The translations under genes were made by a program, and so were the position numbers. Below the pieces are notes generated by a model that saw only the letters and a list, made by a program, of their open reading frames with translations, did not search any database and was not told the origin of the DNA. From IMG/VR virus record IMGVR_UViG_3300025289_000026, positions 1 through 64,000 of that record: a stretch of DNA of 64,000 bases; one strand, 5' to 3'. Origin of the DNA: a virus. Shown here in pieces: positions 37,326 to 47,345 of this stretch; positions within the stretch are counted from its first letter, which is position 1; each line of letters opens with the position of its first letter.

Positions 37326-40300
37326 ATGATTGTCAGGCGCCCAAAAGAACTACTGCTCGGTAACCTCCCGGTCGCCACCACGGGACCCCAGGGGAGTCCG
37401 CCGGATACCCGGCTGCTCGGTCGTGCCGAGCCCATGGCGGCCGAGACGATCAACCGGGGGGCCTACGCGGTCGCGGAACAATTGGATGCTCTGTACAACC
37501 AGGTGTTCGCCATCTTCCGCAAGGCCGTGACCAAGGCGGCTCGCAAGGAAGTGGGGGTCACGGCTCCGTACAACCAGTTCAATATTCTACAGCCACCCGG
37601 CGATGGGCTCACCATGTACTCGGGTGTGTCGGTCGACGATACCCCCGCGACCTTGGCCGATGTGTTCCAACCGGGCGAGAACTCAACCTACCAGCAGGCT
37701 GTCGAGGGGGCCTACACGGTCTACCGTGACGCCGGTTCGATCACGGATGCAAATCCGTTCGTTCTTCAAATCCGAACACTCGACACCTACACGGACGCCT
37801 GTCAGATCATTTTCGTACTTGACAATGCTTTCTTGCCCCTGCCCGACCCGGTGACGATAGCGTTCACCAATGGGTCGCCCGACATCCTGGAGGTCAGGTA
37901 CAAGACAGCCGCTACGTACTACGATGTAGCGTATGCGATCAATAATGACATCGGCGCCACGGTAGCGGATAAATTCAAGGCCGTGGCCCCGGTGCCCAAC
38001 ACGGTGGCGGTGACTTCATTGAACAACTTGGCCGCTGGCCCAACATCCGCTGGCCAGTTGGTCGACATCCTGGGGAAAGCTCAGGTCGATGCTTCGATCG
38101 AAGGGATCGTGATCGACGACCCCATCTCGGGGATTGATCTTCCAGCGCTATTCAGCAATCCCCCGGCGGTCGTCAAGCTCACGACGCCCGCGCATAACGA
38201 GCTTAGCCTTGCGACCGCATGGCCCGGGGGCCTGGGTGACCCGTTGGCCGTGGGGGACAAGTTGGTCATCGGGCTCAACGCATCCACGGCTGCGGGGTTC
38301 CCGGGGGACGGCATCTCGGTGGGTCGCTACCAGGTGGTCGAGATCGCGGCGTTGCCTGGGCCTGATGGGTACTCTCAAGGATCTTTGATCCAGTTCACCG
38401 AGGAGTTCAACCTACCGACCGATACGAATGAAAACTTTCACTACCTGGTGAACCGATACAAAGCACGCCACTGGGCCATCGGGCACAACCATCGGTTCGA
38501 TATTCCGAAATCCGGCAACCCGTTGAAACTTGAGTTCGGGGAACTGGAGAATATCCATTGGTTCCAAGGGACCGCCGGGATCCCGTTCGCCGATTTCGAA
38601 GACATCAGGATCGCAACATACCGAGGTAGATACGACCTGCCAGCTAACGATATGGATGGGCAAGCGAGTTTCGTACAACCGCTGAATGATGAAATAATTT
38701 TGACCGGTGGCGGGTTGATAAACCCTAGCGATGGAACAGAGCGTCTTCAAGTGGTGATCAGGCCTTTGTTTAACGCGGTGCCGTCGAGTGTAAATATTGA
38801 AGATCTTCGGTTCGTGATGGACGCGGTTCCTTCGTCTCTAGTCAATGCCGTAAAAGTATACTACTCAGATAGTGGGGATCCTGGACCATCCAGTTGGATA
38901 CCGTATGGAGGTCCTAAAGATCTGCAGGTGGTTGAATCCTTAGGCCCAAAAGTATTGCTTCGTGTTGAACCAGACGGCTTTTCGAGCGGTATCCACTCGT
39001 ACTACAAGGTAGTATTCCAGAGTGTCATAACCACCTCTGCGAATATAGAGCGCATCTTCTTCAGCGGGGCCCACGCGGCCGGTGCCATGATCCATCACAC
39101 CGGTGGTGGCGATTACGTCGTGACCGACCTGGAGGTCTGGATAGTCCAGCCGAGCGACACCCCGGTGCCCAACCACACGGTCGATATCTACACCTCGAAT
39201 TCTCCCTCGGGGGCCGCGGGGTCGTTCGTCAAGATTGCGGAGAACATTGAACTCCGGCAGTCCCATTTGATTGCGTCGAACAGCCCCTCGGGTACCAACA
39301 AGATCTTCGCCTACAGGGCCTCGATTTTCCCCGAGAGCTACACCCTGGTGGAGGGCCTGGTGGGTGGCCAGTTCCTCGCCTTCATCGTCAAGGAAGCGGG
39401 GGTCGCGACATCCCAGCGGATCATCAAGGCCTGGTTGGCCGAGAGCCAATGCCAGGAGAACGCTTCACACATCGGATCGTTCATTGGGGATTCTCTTGGG
39501 GGCGCCGGATCGTCGTATATCAACCCCCTGCACCCCAGCGGGTTCGAAGGTGCTACCAACAAGTTCCGCTTGATTACCAACGTGGATATCGTTGGGCTCC
39601 CGGGGCCCGTGGCTAATCCACAGATCGATTTTGGATTCGGGAGCTATGCGAAATTCGGGGAGTTATCACCCGACAGCCTCCGGGCCGCGAGCGGCAGCTT
39701 CGGTGACGCCGGGTTCCTGGGGGCCAAGCTGGCCGAGGTGATGGGCGAGCCCGTGAGCTCGACGGTCCCGCCAGAACGATCGCTCATCGGGTTGGAAAAC
39801 CGGTTACGAGAAATTTCTATCATTACCGTGGGGTTAGGGGTAACGAACTCATTCGGTCAGTTCAATGTCTCGGATTACCCGACGGTCAACGCAACCATCG
39901 AGGCCGCGGTCGCGGCCCTGCTGCCGGTGGACGGGGGCGTCATCTCGTTCAAGCCGGGGGTTTACGGAGATCTCAGCAGCCTGGTGACCAACTTCGTCGA
40001 CAACCACATCCGGATCAATCGGGACAACGTGGTCCTGAGGGCCGAGGCCCTGGGGTCCGTGACGATCAAGCTGCGACACTCACCCTCGGTTGCCCGGGGG
40101 TTCTGCCTGAAGCTCAATGGTTCGAACCTTGGGGTTCAGGATATTCGTTTCGATTCCGACGCCCCCGCGGCGGCCGATGCGTCCCCCTTCCTAGACCTCG
40201 AGAATGCCGTGTGGATCTCGGCGCCCCAGCAGTTGGCTGGGCCAGCCACGAGGCCACTTGATGGGACTGATGACTATACCGATGTGTCGATCCACAATTG

Positions 40301-43300
40301 CGAATTTGCTGGATTCACAAGGGTGCGGATCGGGACACCCGACATCTCCAGTGCCTTCATCACGTCGGCCAAGCTGTCGGGCGTCAGGATTACCAACTGT
40401 GACTTCGATGCCACCTCCGATAGTGACCCCGTGGCGGTCAACGTGTCGTATTCGAGCCTGATGGTCAACCCCACGGTCACGCGGATTTCAGACCTTGTGG
40501 TGTCGGACTGCAGGTTATCGGGCGAGTTCGTCTCCCCCGTGACCAAGGCCATCAGGATTGCGGCAGCCACTAGGGTTGCGATCCAACGGATCCGCGGGGT
40601 CGTGAAGCTTTACTGGAGCAACACCCTGACGCTTTCGGACAGCAGTGTGTTCAATCTTTATGCCCGTGGAGTCCAACGGTTCACTTCAACGGATTCGGAG
40701 TTCTATACCCTTGCGTCGGGTAATGTCCCGGCCATCACGCTGGATGGTTACGCTGGGCGCAAGTGCTCCGGGGTCGTGTTCCACGCCTGCACCATCGCGA
40801 CGGTCCAGGGATTCGCCTCCGGGTTAACCCAGGGGACGCTTGACGTAATGTATACCGACGGGTTGATCGTGTCGGAGTGTAACATCGAGTCCGTAGGCAA
40901 CGCATCCCCGAGTCAGAAGGATCATTACGGCGTGACCCTCCGGACCGCGGTCACGAGCGCGGTGTTCCAGTCCTGCGGATTCGTGGGCAACCGAGTGATG
41001 CTAAATACTGATACTGGTGTAAATAGCAAGATTGCTATCCGTGGGTGCCAGGTGGTTCATTTCTCTTCGGAACCGGTGACGTCCCCTGGAACTCACGGGG
41101 TATTTAGCTTTGTCAATGTGAACAATCTGTACATCGGGCACATCAGCGCGGCCCCTGGGGAGATGTCGTCAGCAAATCCGGACCGATTGATTCGGTTGGA
41201 GAGTTGCAACCATTTCACCATCGAGGCTGCGGAAGCCAGGGACAAGGGGTCGATACATTTACTAAACTGTACCTTCGGGATCGTGGCAAATTGCCGGCTG
41301 ACCAACTCGTTGTCGAACCCCGGGTGCGCCGTGACGAAAACTACGTCATCGCGTATATTCCAAGTCGGAAACATCACGTCGGACGGCGGGGGCATTGTGT
41401 TGCCCGACGGCGCCCGTTACCGATCAGAGGAACCCTCCGGTACGTCGTTACCACTGGCCGATGGCAAAGAGATTCTAAAGTACGGCGATGGTGTTACCTA
41501 CGGCAGCTTTAGGGTGTGGAAGGCTGGTCACAAGATCCTTATCACCCAGAACGTAAAATCGTTTACAGAAGCCGGGGGCTTGCTAATTGGCGCCAACGTC
41601 ATCACGAAGGAGATCAACGCCCAGGCCTCCACCACATTGGTCCTTGGTGTCGGGAGCGAGGTGCTGGAGGTATATGGATCCCGTGGGGGCGATGCCACGG
41701 CACAATCGCTCGTGTCCTCGATCACCACGGGGGGCGCCGGACTCTTGAGCCTGCTGCCAAGTTGGGCACTGTCTCTGCTGTCTGGTATGAACAGCCCGTT
41801 GCTGGCGTTCCTCAAGACCGTGGTGGCGTCGGTCGGGGGCGCGAGTGGCAAGCCCGGGATCGTGCTGGAACAGTTTACCGACGCGGTTGTCTTGTCGGTC
41901 AACCTGCAGTCCGACACAGGGCAGACAGATCGGTCGAATAGTTGGAACAACAGCTACTGGTCGAAGAAGGATACATCGAAGGCTGCCTTCGCCTTCATCC
42001 TGACCTTGGCATCCAACGCTGGGGATTCGCCTCCATCGACGACAGCGAGATTTGCCGTTGTGGCATCGGGTGAGCGTACCACCACTGGTTCTTTGAGCAC
42101 GTCTGTACGGTTTACTTTCGATACCACGGGCAACGGGGTTGGCCGGTTTCTGGCCTCAAACGGTGGGATCATTCGCGCGGCCCTCGAGACCGTTGGGACG
42201 ATTCTTCAGCGTGGCATTGGGTCTGATGTGGCTGCCCGTCATTTTGATTCCGATTCGTCACCTTTGCTGTCGTTCAAAGAATGGTCTACGGTCAAGTTTC
42301 CAAACGCATCGACAGGTGCGACAACTGAATTTTATCGTTGGGCCCTGACCAACAATGTGAATTACGATAGTGCGAATCTGCGCTGGGGTATAAACACCAA
42401 TATCCACACCACCTTTACCGAAGCCTTGGCCTTGGCCGTTGGGGGAGAGGGTCATTTGTTTGCACTCTATCGGCTGACCGCAGGCGAGACCACGACCCTG
42501 AGGGCAGCGCCCGGTTACATCGCGGCCACCGGGACCCCCGGGACCCAGACGTGGCGCATGGTCTTTGCCATCACGACCAGTGGGACGATTGTCCAGGGAT
42601 CCCCCGGTTCATCCGCGGTCATCGGGGCGATTCCATTGTTCAAGTTCATGTCGTTCTTCCGCCAGTGGCAAGATGTGAGTCTCCCGAGACCGAATGCCCC
42701 TGGTTCGTCCGACTCCTTCTCCCTGGTCTTTACTCACAACGTCGACTACAACGACACGGGACCCGTGTGGGTAGGGAAAAGTACCTTGGACACTCGATTT
42801 GGGAGCAACGCCTACGCGATGGCTCTCCTGAGCCCGAATTTTTTGTTTGCCATCTATGCCCTCAAGAGTGCGTCCGACAGTATTGCGGGTCGATCTGTCC
42901 CCGTGACCGGTACCCCAGGGGGTGCAACGGGTACCTGGAGGCCTATCTTCTGGATGGATTACGGGGGTTCGATCCAGTTCACGAAAAATGACTTACCCGG
43001 TATACCGGAGACCGTGGCGGCAGTAAGTGACGTCTCCGTGCCGGCGACATTCGTAATAGCGGCTCCCGATTCCGTCAATATCGGTCGGGCGGACTACGTC
43101 GCCACGAGTTCTGCCCAGAATGCAATCAATACCGCCCTCCGTGATTTAGAAGCGGAATCACCCGGCGGTCCAACGAATCCAAAGGGAGGGTCTATTGTAC
43201 TTCTAGAGGGGACGTACAACATCACTGACGTCATCAAGATCGGCGTCTCTGGGCAGATACCGTGCCGCCACATAAAATTCATCGGGCAGGGCCGCGGGTC

Positions 43301-45386
43301 TACCAAAATTGTTGTTAACTCCACCCATTCCATACCCAACAACGGGTCGATATTCGTGAACGAAAACACGTCGAGTGGACCCCTCGTTGTGGAGTTCGAG
43401 GACCTGACGATAGAAGGGGCAAGTGTGGTTGAAAGTGCCAATACGGTTTACGCCACTGGTTCAGGGTCGTGGTCGGTGGCGAACACGTTCATGTCACCGC
43501 AAATCAGCAACGGTTCCCTTTATGCTGGTAAGAGATTGGTTGTCTCCTCGGGGTCGGGATCCGTGAGGGCACTGAATGGAGAGTTTACTATTCTAGGCGG
43601 AGGTGTGGGGTACGTTGTAGTCACTTCCCCGGGTGTAGCCGACGCCACCAAGCTTTACCCCGGGGGTCCACTTTCATTTCCCACGGTGGGAACGCTTCCG
43701 TTCTCCATTGTCGACGCGGGTCTGCTGCAGGCGACGGCTACGCATTCAGCTTTTGACCTTTCGGCATCGAACTACGGCGGTGCTCCTCATAAAATCGCCG
43801 TCCGCAGATGTGCTGTTGAGAAGGTCAAGTATGGATTCAATACCAAACTTAGTGATGCTGAATTTAGCGACACCGCGTTTAGATGGTGTACAGAGGCCGC
43901 GCTGTACTCTGGAGCAGCTTCGGACGGTCTTATTTCCGGTACCCTGACGCCGCCCACACGTATCCGGGGTTGTCAGTTCCGAAGCTGCAGTTGGGCGGAG
44001 TCCGCCACTTCAAATAAATACGTGATAATTGCAACTAACCTGCAGTTGCAATCGTGTACCTTTGGTAGCAACGGGTTGGAGTCACTCTATAGTCCAGGCA
44101 TGATTGTTGACCGGTGGGCTCCAGGGCTTGTCGCAGGTTCCTTTGTGTCGGCATGGGGTTGCCAGGCCGATGCCGGTTACTACGGATTCGTTGGGGTAGT
44201 GTTAAAAATCAGCAACTGCCAATTCCGATACGACGTGTACCCCGGAAGCTTGGTGGCGCTCCCCCAAGGTTTTGGTGAGGCCGTCATTAAATGTATTGGC
44301 TCCGGCTTTCCGGCTTACGCTTCCGTACGGGATTGCGAGTTTACCGGTGTGGTCAAATCGAAGGCTATAGAGTTGGTTTCTGTCGAGTCAGCAGTAGTCA
44401 GTGGGTGTACGTTCCGTCCCGATACGACTTTAGATAGCTCTGATTATTGGGGATCTTTTTCTGGGGATACGCTTATCCGTGCGGAGCTCTCGACGGTGTC
44501 CATCAAGGACAGCACATTTACTTCCCCGAGGCTGCAGCATGTTTTACTTGTTGAATGCTCTGATTGCGACATCCGTGGCAACGTGTTTGACGGTCCCAAC
44601 GACAACACAGGACTATACACTGGGTTTAGTTCTTGTGTTGAACTCACGGGAACTGCTTCCTTTGTGTCCCGACGTAACAGGATCATCGAAAACAGTTTTA
44701 TTGGACTTGACTCGACGTTCAAGGCTATACGCCTTGCGAATTACAACGATATGATTCAGGTGAGGAACAATGTTGGCGACGGATCTTTTGACCGCGGTGT
44801 TCAGGTGGAAGATACCGACAGTCAGCCCGCCGCTGTCGTCGTTGGAAACCGGTTCGGTATTCCACTAAATAAACAGGTAACGAATGCCAGCGGGGCTAAC
44901 TTTCATACCTCGGTACTGACCGGGGACGAATTCCGTAAAGTCCACGAGGTCACACTAGCTTCTGCTATAGCTTCCAGCGCTGTCGCCACATTTATATTTT
45001 CGGATTTAGTCGGGACTTTCAAGATACCGGACAACACTTTACCCAGTACCGGAATGTATCTTTTGCTGCTGTACCTCGATACGAGCACACCCAACATAAT
45101 TAATAACCCCGGTGTCTTCGAAGTGCAGGTACTCGATGATAGCGAGCGTATCGTCGGTGAGACAGAATGGGGTGTAGGGACGAGCGGTCCTGTAAGTGAA
45201 CCGTTTGACGGTGTAGTCATCCCGGTGACGTTCTACGTCAGTTCAACGACGGTAGAGTACTTAGTTCGGATATCCAACATGAGCATCTTCGATTCTCCGT
45301 ACCCGGGGTTCGCGATAGGCACGAAGCTCAAGGTGTACCGCATGGAGTCCATGGTGGGTGTGATGGATTCCGGCAGTTTGAACTAA
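37326..45386 (+). CDS. Giant tail fibre/tailspike with parallel beta-helix (pectate-lyase-like) domains
   Basis: 2686 aa; two AI..A.....GG.I....G.Y caps, each followed by I.NC.F beta-helix rungs. Confidence 0.85.
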   Translation: MIVRRPKELLLGNLPVATTGPQGSPPDTRLLGRAEPMAAETINRGAYAVAEQLDALYNQVFAIFRKAVTKAARKEVGVTAPYNQFNILQPPGDGLTMYSGVSVDDTPATLADVFQPGENSTYQQAVEGAYTVYRDAGSITDANPFVLQIRTLDTYTDACQIIFVLDNAFLPLPDPVTIAFTNGSPDILEVRYKTAATYYDVAYAINNDIGATVADKFKAVAPVPNTVAVTSLNNLAAGPTSAGQLVDILGKAQVDASIEGIVIDDPISGIDLPALFSNPPAVVKLTTPAHNELSLATAWPGGLGDPLAVGDKLVIGLNASTAAGFPGDGISVGRYQVVEIAALPGPDGYSQGSLIQFTEEFNLPTDTNENFHYLVNRYKARHWAIGHNHRFDIPKSGNPLKLEFGELENIHWFQGTAGIPFADFEDIRIATYRGRYDLPANDMDGQASFVQPLNDEIILTGGGLINPSDGTERLQVVIRPLFNAVPSSVNIEDLRFVMDAVPSSLVNAVKVYYSDSGDPGPSSWIPYGGPKDLQVVESLGPKVLLRVEPDGFSSGIHSYYKVVFQSVITTSANIERIFFSGAHAAGAMIHHTGGGDYVVTDLEVWIVQPSDTPVPNHTVDIYTSNSPSGAAGSFVKIAENIELRQSHLIASNSPSGTNKIFAYRASIFPESYTLVEGLVGGQFLAFIVKEAGVATSQRIIKAWLAESQCQENASHIGSFIGDSLGGAGSSYINPLHPSGFEGATNKFRLITNVDIVGLPGPVANPQIDFGFGSYAKFGELSPDSLRAASGSFGDAGFLGAKLAEVMGEPVSSTVPPERSLIGLENRLREISIITVGLGVTNSFGQFNVSDYPTVNATIEAAVAALLPVDGGVISFKPGVYGDLSSLVTNFVDNHIRINRDNVVLRAEALGSVTIKLRHSPSVARGFCLKLNGSNLGVQDIRFDSDAPAAADASPFLDLENAVWISAPQQLAGPATRPLDGTDDYTDVSIHNCEFAGFTRVRIGTPDISSAFITSAKLSGVRITNCDFDATSDSDPVAVNVSYSSLMVNPTVTRISDLVVSDCRLSGEFVSPVTKAIRIAAATRVAIQRIRGVVKLYWSNTLTLSDSSVFNLYARGVQRFTSTDSEFYTLASGNVPAITLDGYAGRKCSGVVFHACTIATVQGFASGLTQGTLDVMYTDGLIVSECNIESVGNASPSQKDHYGVTLRTAVTSAVFQSCGFVGNRVMLNTDTGVNSKIAIRGCQVVHFSSEPVTSPGTHGVFSFVNVNNLYIGHISAAPGEMSSANPDRLIRLESCNHFTIEAAEARDKGSIHLLNCTFGIVANCRLTNSLSNPGCAVTKTTSSRIFQVGNITSDGGGIVLPDGARYRSEEPSGTSLPLADGKEILKYGDGVTYGSFRVWKAGHKILITQNVKSFTEAGGLLIGANVITKEINAQASTTLVLGVGSEVLEVYGSRGGDATAQSLVSSITTGGAGLLSLLPSWALSLLSGMNSPLLAFLKTVVASVGGASGKPGIVLEQFTDAVVLSVNLQSDTGQTDRSNSWNNSYWSKKDTSKAAFAFILTLASNAGDSPPSTTARFAVVASGERTTTGSLSTSVRFTFDTTGNGVGRFLASNGGIIRAALETVGTILQRGIGSDVAARHFDSDSSPLLSFKEWSTVKFPNASTGATTEFYRWALTNNVNYDSANLRWGINTNIHTTFTEALALAVGGEGHLFALYRLTAGETTTLRAAPGYIAATGTPGTQTWRMVFAITTSGTIVQGSPGSSAVIGAIPLFKFMSFFRQWQDVSLPRPNAPGSSDSFSLVFTHNVDYNDTGPVWVGKSTLDTRFGSNAYAMALLSPNFLFAIYALKSASDSIAGRSVPVTGTPGGATGTWRPIFWMDYGGSIQFTKNDLPGIPETVAAVSDVSVPATFVIAAPDSVNIGRADYVATSSAQNAINTALRDLEAESPGGPTNPKGGSIVLLEGTYNITDVIKIGVSGQIPCRHIKFIGQGRGSTKIVVNSTHSIPNNGSIFVNENTSSGPLVVEFEDLTIEGASVVESANTVYATGSGSWSVANTFMSPQISNGSLYAGKRLVVSSGSGSVRALNGEFTILGGGVGYVVVTSPGVADATKLYPGGPLSFPTVGTLPFSIVDAGLLQATATHSAFDLSASNYGGAPHKIAVRRCAVEKVKYGFNTKLSDAEFSDTAFRWCTEAALYSGAASDGLISGTLTPPTRIRGCQFRSCSWAESATSNKYVIIATNLQLQSCTFGSNGLESLYSPGMIVDRWAPGLVAGSFVSAWGCQADAGYYGFVGVVLKISNCQFRYDVYPGSLVALPQGFGEAVIKCIGSGFPAYASVRDCEFTGVVKSKAIELVSVESAVVSGCTFRPDTTLDSSDYWGSFSGDTLIRAELSTVSIKDSTFTSPRLQHVLLVECSDCDIRGNVFDGPNDNTGLYTGFSSCVELTGTASFVSRRNRIIENSFIGLDSTFKAIRLANYNDMIQVRNNVGDGSFDRGVQVEDTDSQPAAVVVGNRFGIPLNKQVTNASGANFHTSVLTGDEFRKVHEVTLASAIASSAVATFIFSDLVGTFKIPDNTLPSTGMYLLLLYLDTSTPNIINNPGVFEVQVLDDSERIVGETEWGVGTSGPVSEPFDGVVIPVTFYVSSTTVEYLVRISNMSIFDSPYPGFAIGTKLKVYRMESMVGVMDSGSLN

Positions 45387-45413
45387 AAAAGGCGGCACAG
45401 AAGCGCCGCCTTT
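45383..45413. terminator. Bidirectional intrinsic terminator
   Basis: AAAGGCGGC-ACAGAAGC-GCCGCCTTT between convergent operons. Confidence 0.85.
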
Positions 45414-45434
45414 GATCCCTGGGTCACGTGGTCA

Positions 45435-46427
45435 TCAGGCTGACCGCAGCAACTCCACCAGCTTGGGCATCCGGGGGGCGGCGAACTCCCGGTAGAGCTG
45501 CGCCTTCACGTCGTCTGGTAACGTGATGATGCCCAAGACATAGACCGTTAGGTCCCACTCGATCCGCCGGATCTCATGGATGACGCTCTGCTCGGCTTCC
45601 TGAATCTTGAGCGCGAGGAACTGGACTGCCTCGGGTCCCATGGCCGGGAGCTGGGGCGACGCCGTGGGGTCCTGGGTCTTCTCGAGAGTCCGGTGACCCA
45701 TGAGCGACTCGATCGCCGAGGCCGCGGCCGCGACATCCGGGGTTGTGACCGGCCCGGGGGTCTCGATGGTGTTGTGCTGGGGCACAGGGGTCTGGGCAAC
45801 CTGAGGAACCGGTGCCGCGGGAACCGATGGAGGGGTTACCCCAGGGGCCACGACTGTGTCGGGTAGCAACGGGAGACCCGACAGATCATACCCGGGGGGC
45901 GTTTTGTCCACATGGAGGCGCCCATGTGCCCCGAGGCCCTTGAGATCCCGGGGGGTCTTGGTGATGTAGAGGTTTGGTTTCCCGTCCTTGACACACTGCT
46001 GACACAGGAGTCGGCCGTCCTGAAGCGCCAGGTGGTTGTTCGCAGTACGGAACACCGGGTACGGAAACGGAGGCAACGGGATCGTGCTGGTTGGGACCCC
46101 GGGGCCTTGGGGTTGGGGAACCGTCCCGGGGACCTGGGCAACGGGCGGAGGTGCCGTCGTGACCGGCGTGGCGACCGCGGACCCCTGGGTAGCCCCGGCT
46201 TCAGGCCCGTTGGCCAACATCCCGAGGGCCTGGAGGTCGTTCACGAGGTCCGGTTGGGTGACCCGCTGGTACTTGTCCATCAGGTACCGCATGATGTCGG
46301 AATTTTCCGCAACCTGGACGGGTAACCCGTCTTTGCCGCGGAACACCACGTTGGTCCGTTGGGCCGTGGTCACGGCCCAGCCGACCAGTTCGGCGAATGT
46401 TTGGTTATGAGCTTCTTGAGGGGTCAT
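45435..46427 (-). CDS. Pro-rich protein with C2H2-like zinc finger
   Basis: AAGGAG RBS; CQQC...HGRLH flanked by P/A/V/T low-complexity linkers. Confidence 0.75.
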   Translation of the reverse strand: MTPQEAHNQTFAELVGWAVTTAQRTNVVFRGKDGLPVQVAENSDIMRYLMDKYQRVTQPDLVNDLQALGMLANGPEAGATQGSAVATPVTTAPPPVAQVPGTVPQPQGPGVPTSTIPLPPFPYPVFRTANNHLALQDGRLLCQQCVKDGKPNLYITKTPRDLKGLGAHGRLHVDKTPPGYDLSGLPLLPDTVVAPGVTPPSVPAAPVPQVAQTPVPQHNTIETPGPVTTPDVAAAASAIESLMGHRTLEKTQDPTASPQLPAMGPEAVQFLALKIQEAEQSVIHEIRRIEWDLTVYVLGIITLPDDVKAQLYREFAAPRMPKLVELLRSA

Positions 46428-46447
46428 GCAATCTCCTTTTTAAGGGG

Positions 46448-46843
46448 TTATGGGTTACGAGGGAAGCGTGGGTGACGAAGAACCTTGTTCTGCACTTGGC
46501 ACTCCATCACGTGGACATCTTGATGAGCAAAGCAGTTGGCATCGCACGACATGCTGGTTCGGTAGATGTGGAAGCGGTTCAGCAGGATCCCGGCCTGGTG
46601 GAACCTGATCTCATCCACTGGGCTCCCAGGGGGCTCGCCTCCACCTTCAAGGAACTGGATAAGGAGTGCCCTTTGGGTCCAGGGGGATAGGAACCTCTTG
46701 AGCCTGGCTTCACAGGCCACCCGGAGTTCCGTGTTATTGATCCCGTGGTATTGCTCGGCTTCAGAGCTTTCGGCCCCTCTGGGGTCCGAGGGTTCCGTTG
46801 GCATCTCTGAACCTTGCGTCTGGGTCTCGTCCATAGAAATCAT
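46448..46843 (-). CDS. Hypothetical Cys/His-containing protein
   Basis: GAGGAG RBS; C...C..H. Confidence 0.65.
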   Translation of the reverse strand: MISMDETQTQGSEMPTEPSDPRGAESSEAEQYHGINNTELRVACEARLKRFLSPWTQRALLIQFLEGGGEPPGSPVDEIRFHQAGILLNRFHIYRTSMSCDANCFAHQDVHVMECQVQNKVLRHPRFPRNP

Positions 46844-47345
46844 CTCCTCGTCTCGTGATCTCCCGGGAGATGAACTGGATCCTCCTGGAAATCATGGATC
46901 GTGCGTTTTCGAGTTTGTCGGCCGTGATCCGGGCCGTCAGGTACTCGGTGTCGGTCTGGATGTACCGGGGGTCACCGCGGTACTCTTCATCGGCGTCGTC
47001 TTTGGACTTGCCGGATGCTCGGATGTCCTTCTTGACCTCCACTTTGATCAGGTCACTCAGGGCCTTGGACACCACTTTGTCATGGTCCGCGTTGGTCGCC
47101 AGGGCCGCGATGTAGTTGTGCCATGCTTCGGTCGCCTGGTAGAGGCGCCCAAGCTCCTGGCTCGTGATGACGGTCAGGTCCTCGGGCATCATGGGGAACC
47201 CGATGTCGTCGTACTCAACCCCCGGGACAGGGCTTTCCACCGGGTTCCGGGGGATCGGGACCTCGACCCTGACGTCCAGGGCATCGCGGTACATCTGGAT
47301 CTTGGCCTGGAGCTTGGGATCATCCAATGGTTGGGCAAGCTTCAT
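46761..47345 (-). CDS. UvsY-like recombination mediator
   Basis: Long helical protein with DEEYRGDPRY; next to RecA and Cas4-like genes. Confidence 0.5.
   Translation of the reverse strand: MKLAQPLDDPKLQAKIQMYRDALDVRVEVPIPRNPVESPVPGVEYDDIGFPMMPEDLTVITSQELGRLYQATEAWHNYIAALATNADHDKVVSKALSDLIKVEVKKDIRASGKSKDDADEEYRGDPRYIQTDTEYLTARITADKLENARSMISRRIQFISREITRRGDDFYGRDPDARFRDANGTLGPQRGRKL

Noticed and set aside
37326-45386. Diversity-generating retroelement targeting the tail fibre
   Set aside because: No reverse transcriptase and no near-identical template/variable repeat pair noticed in the window
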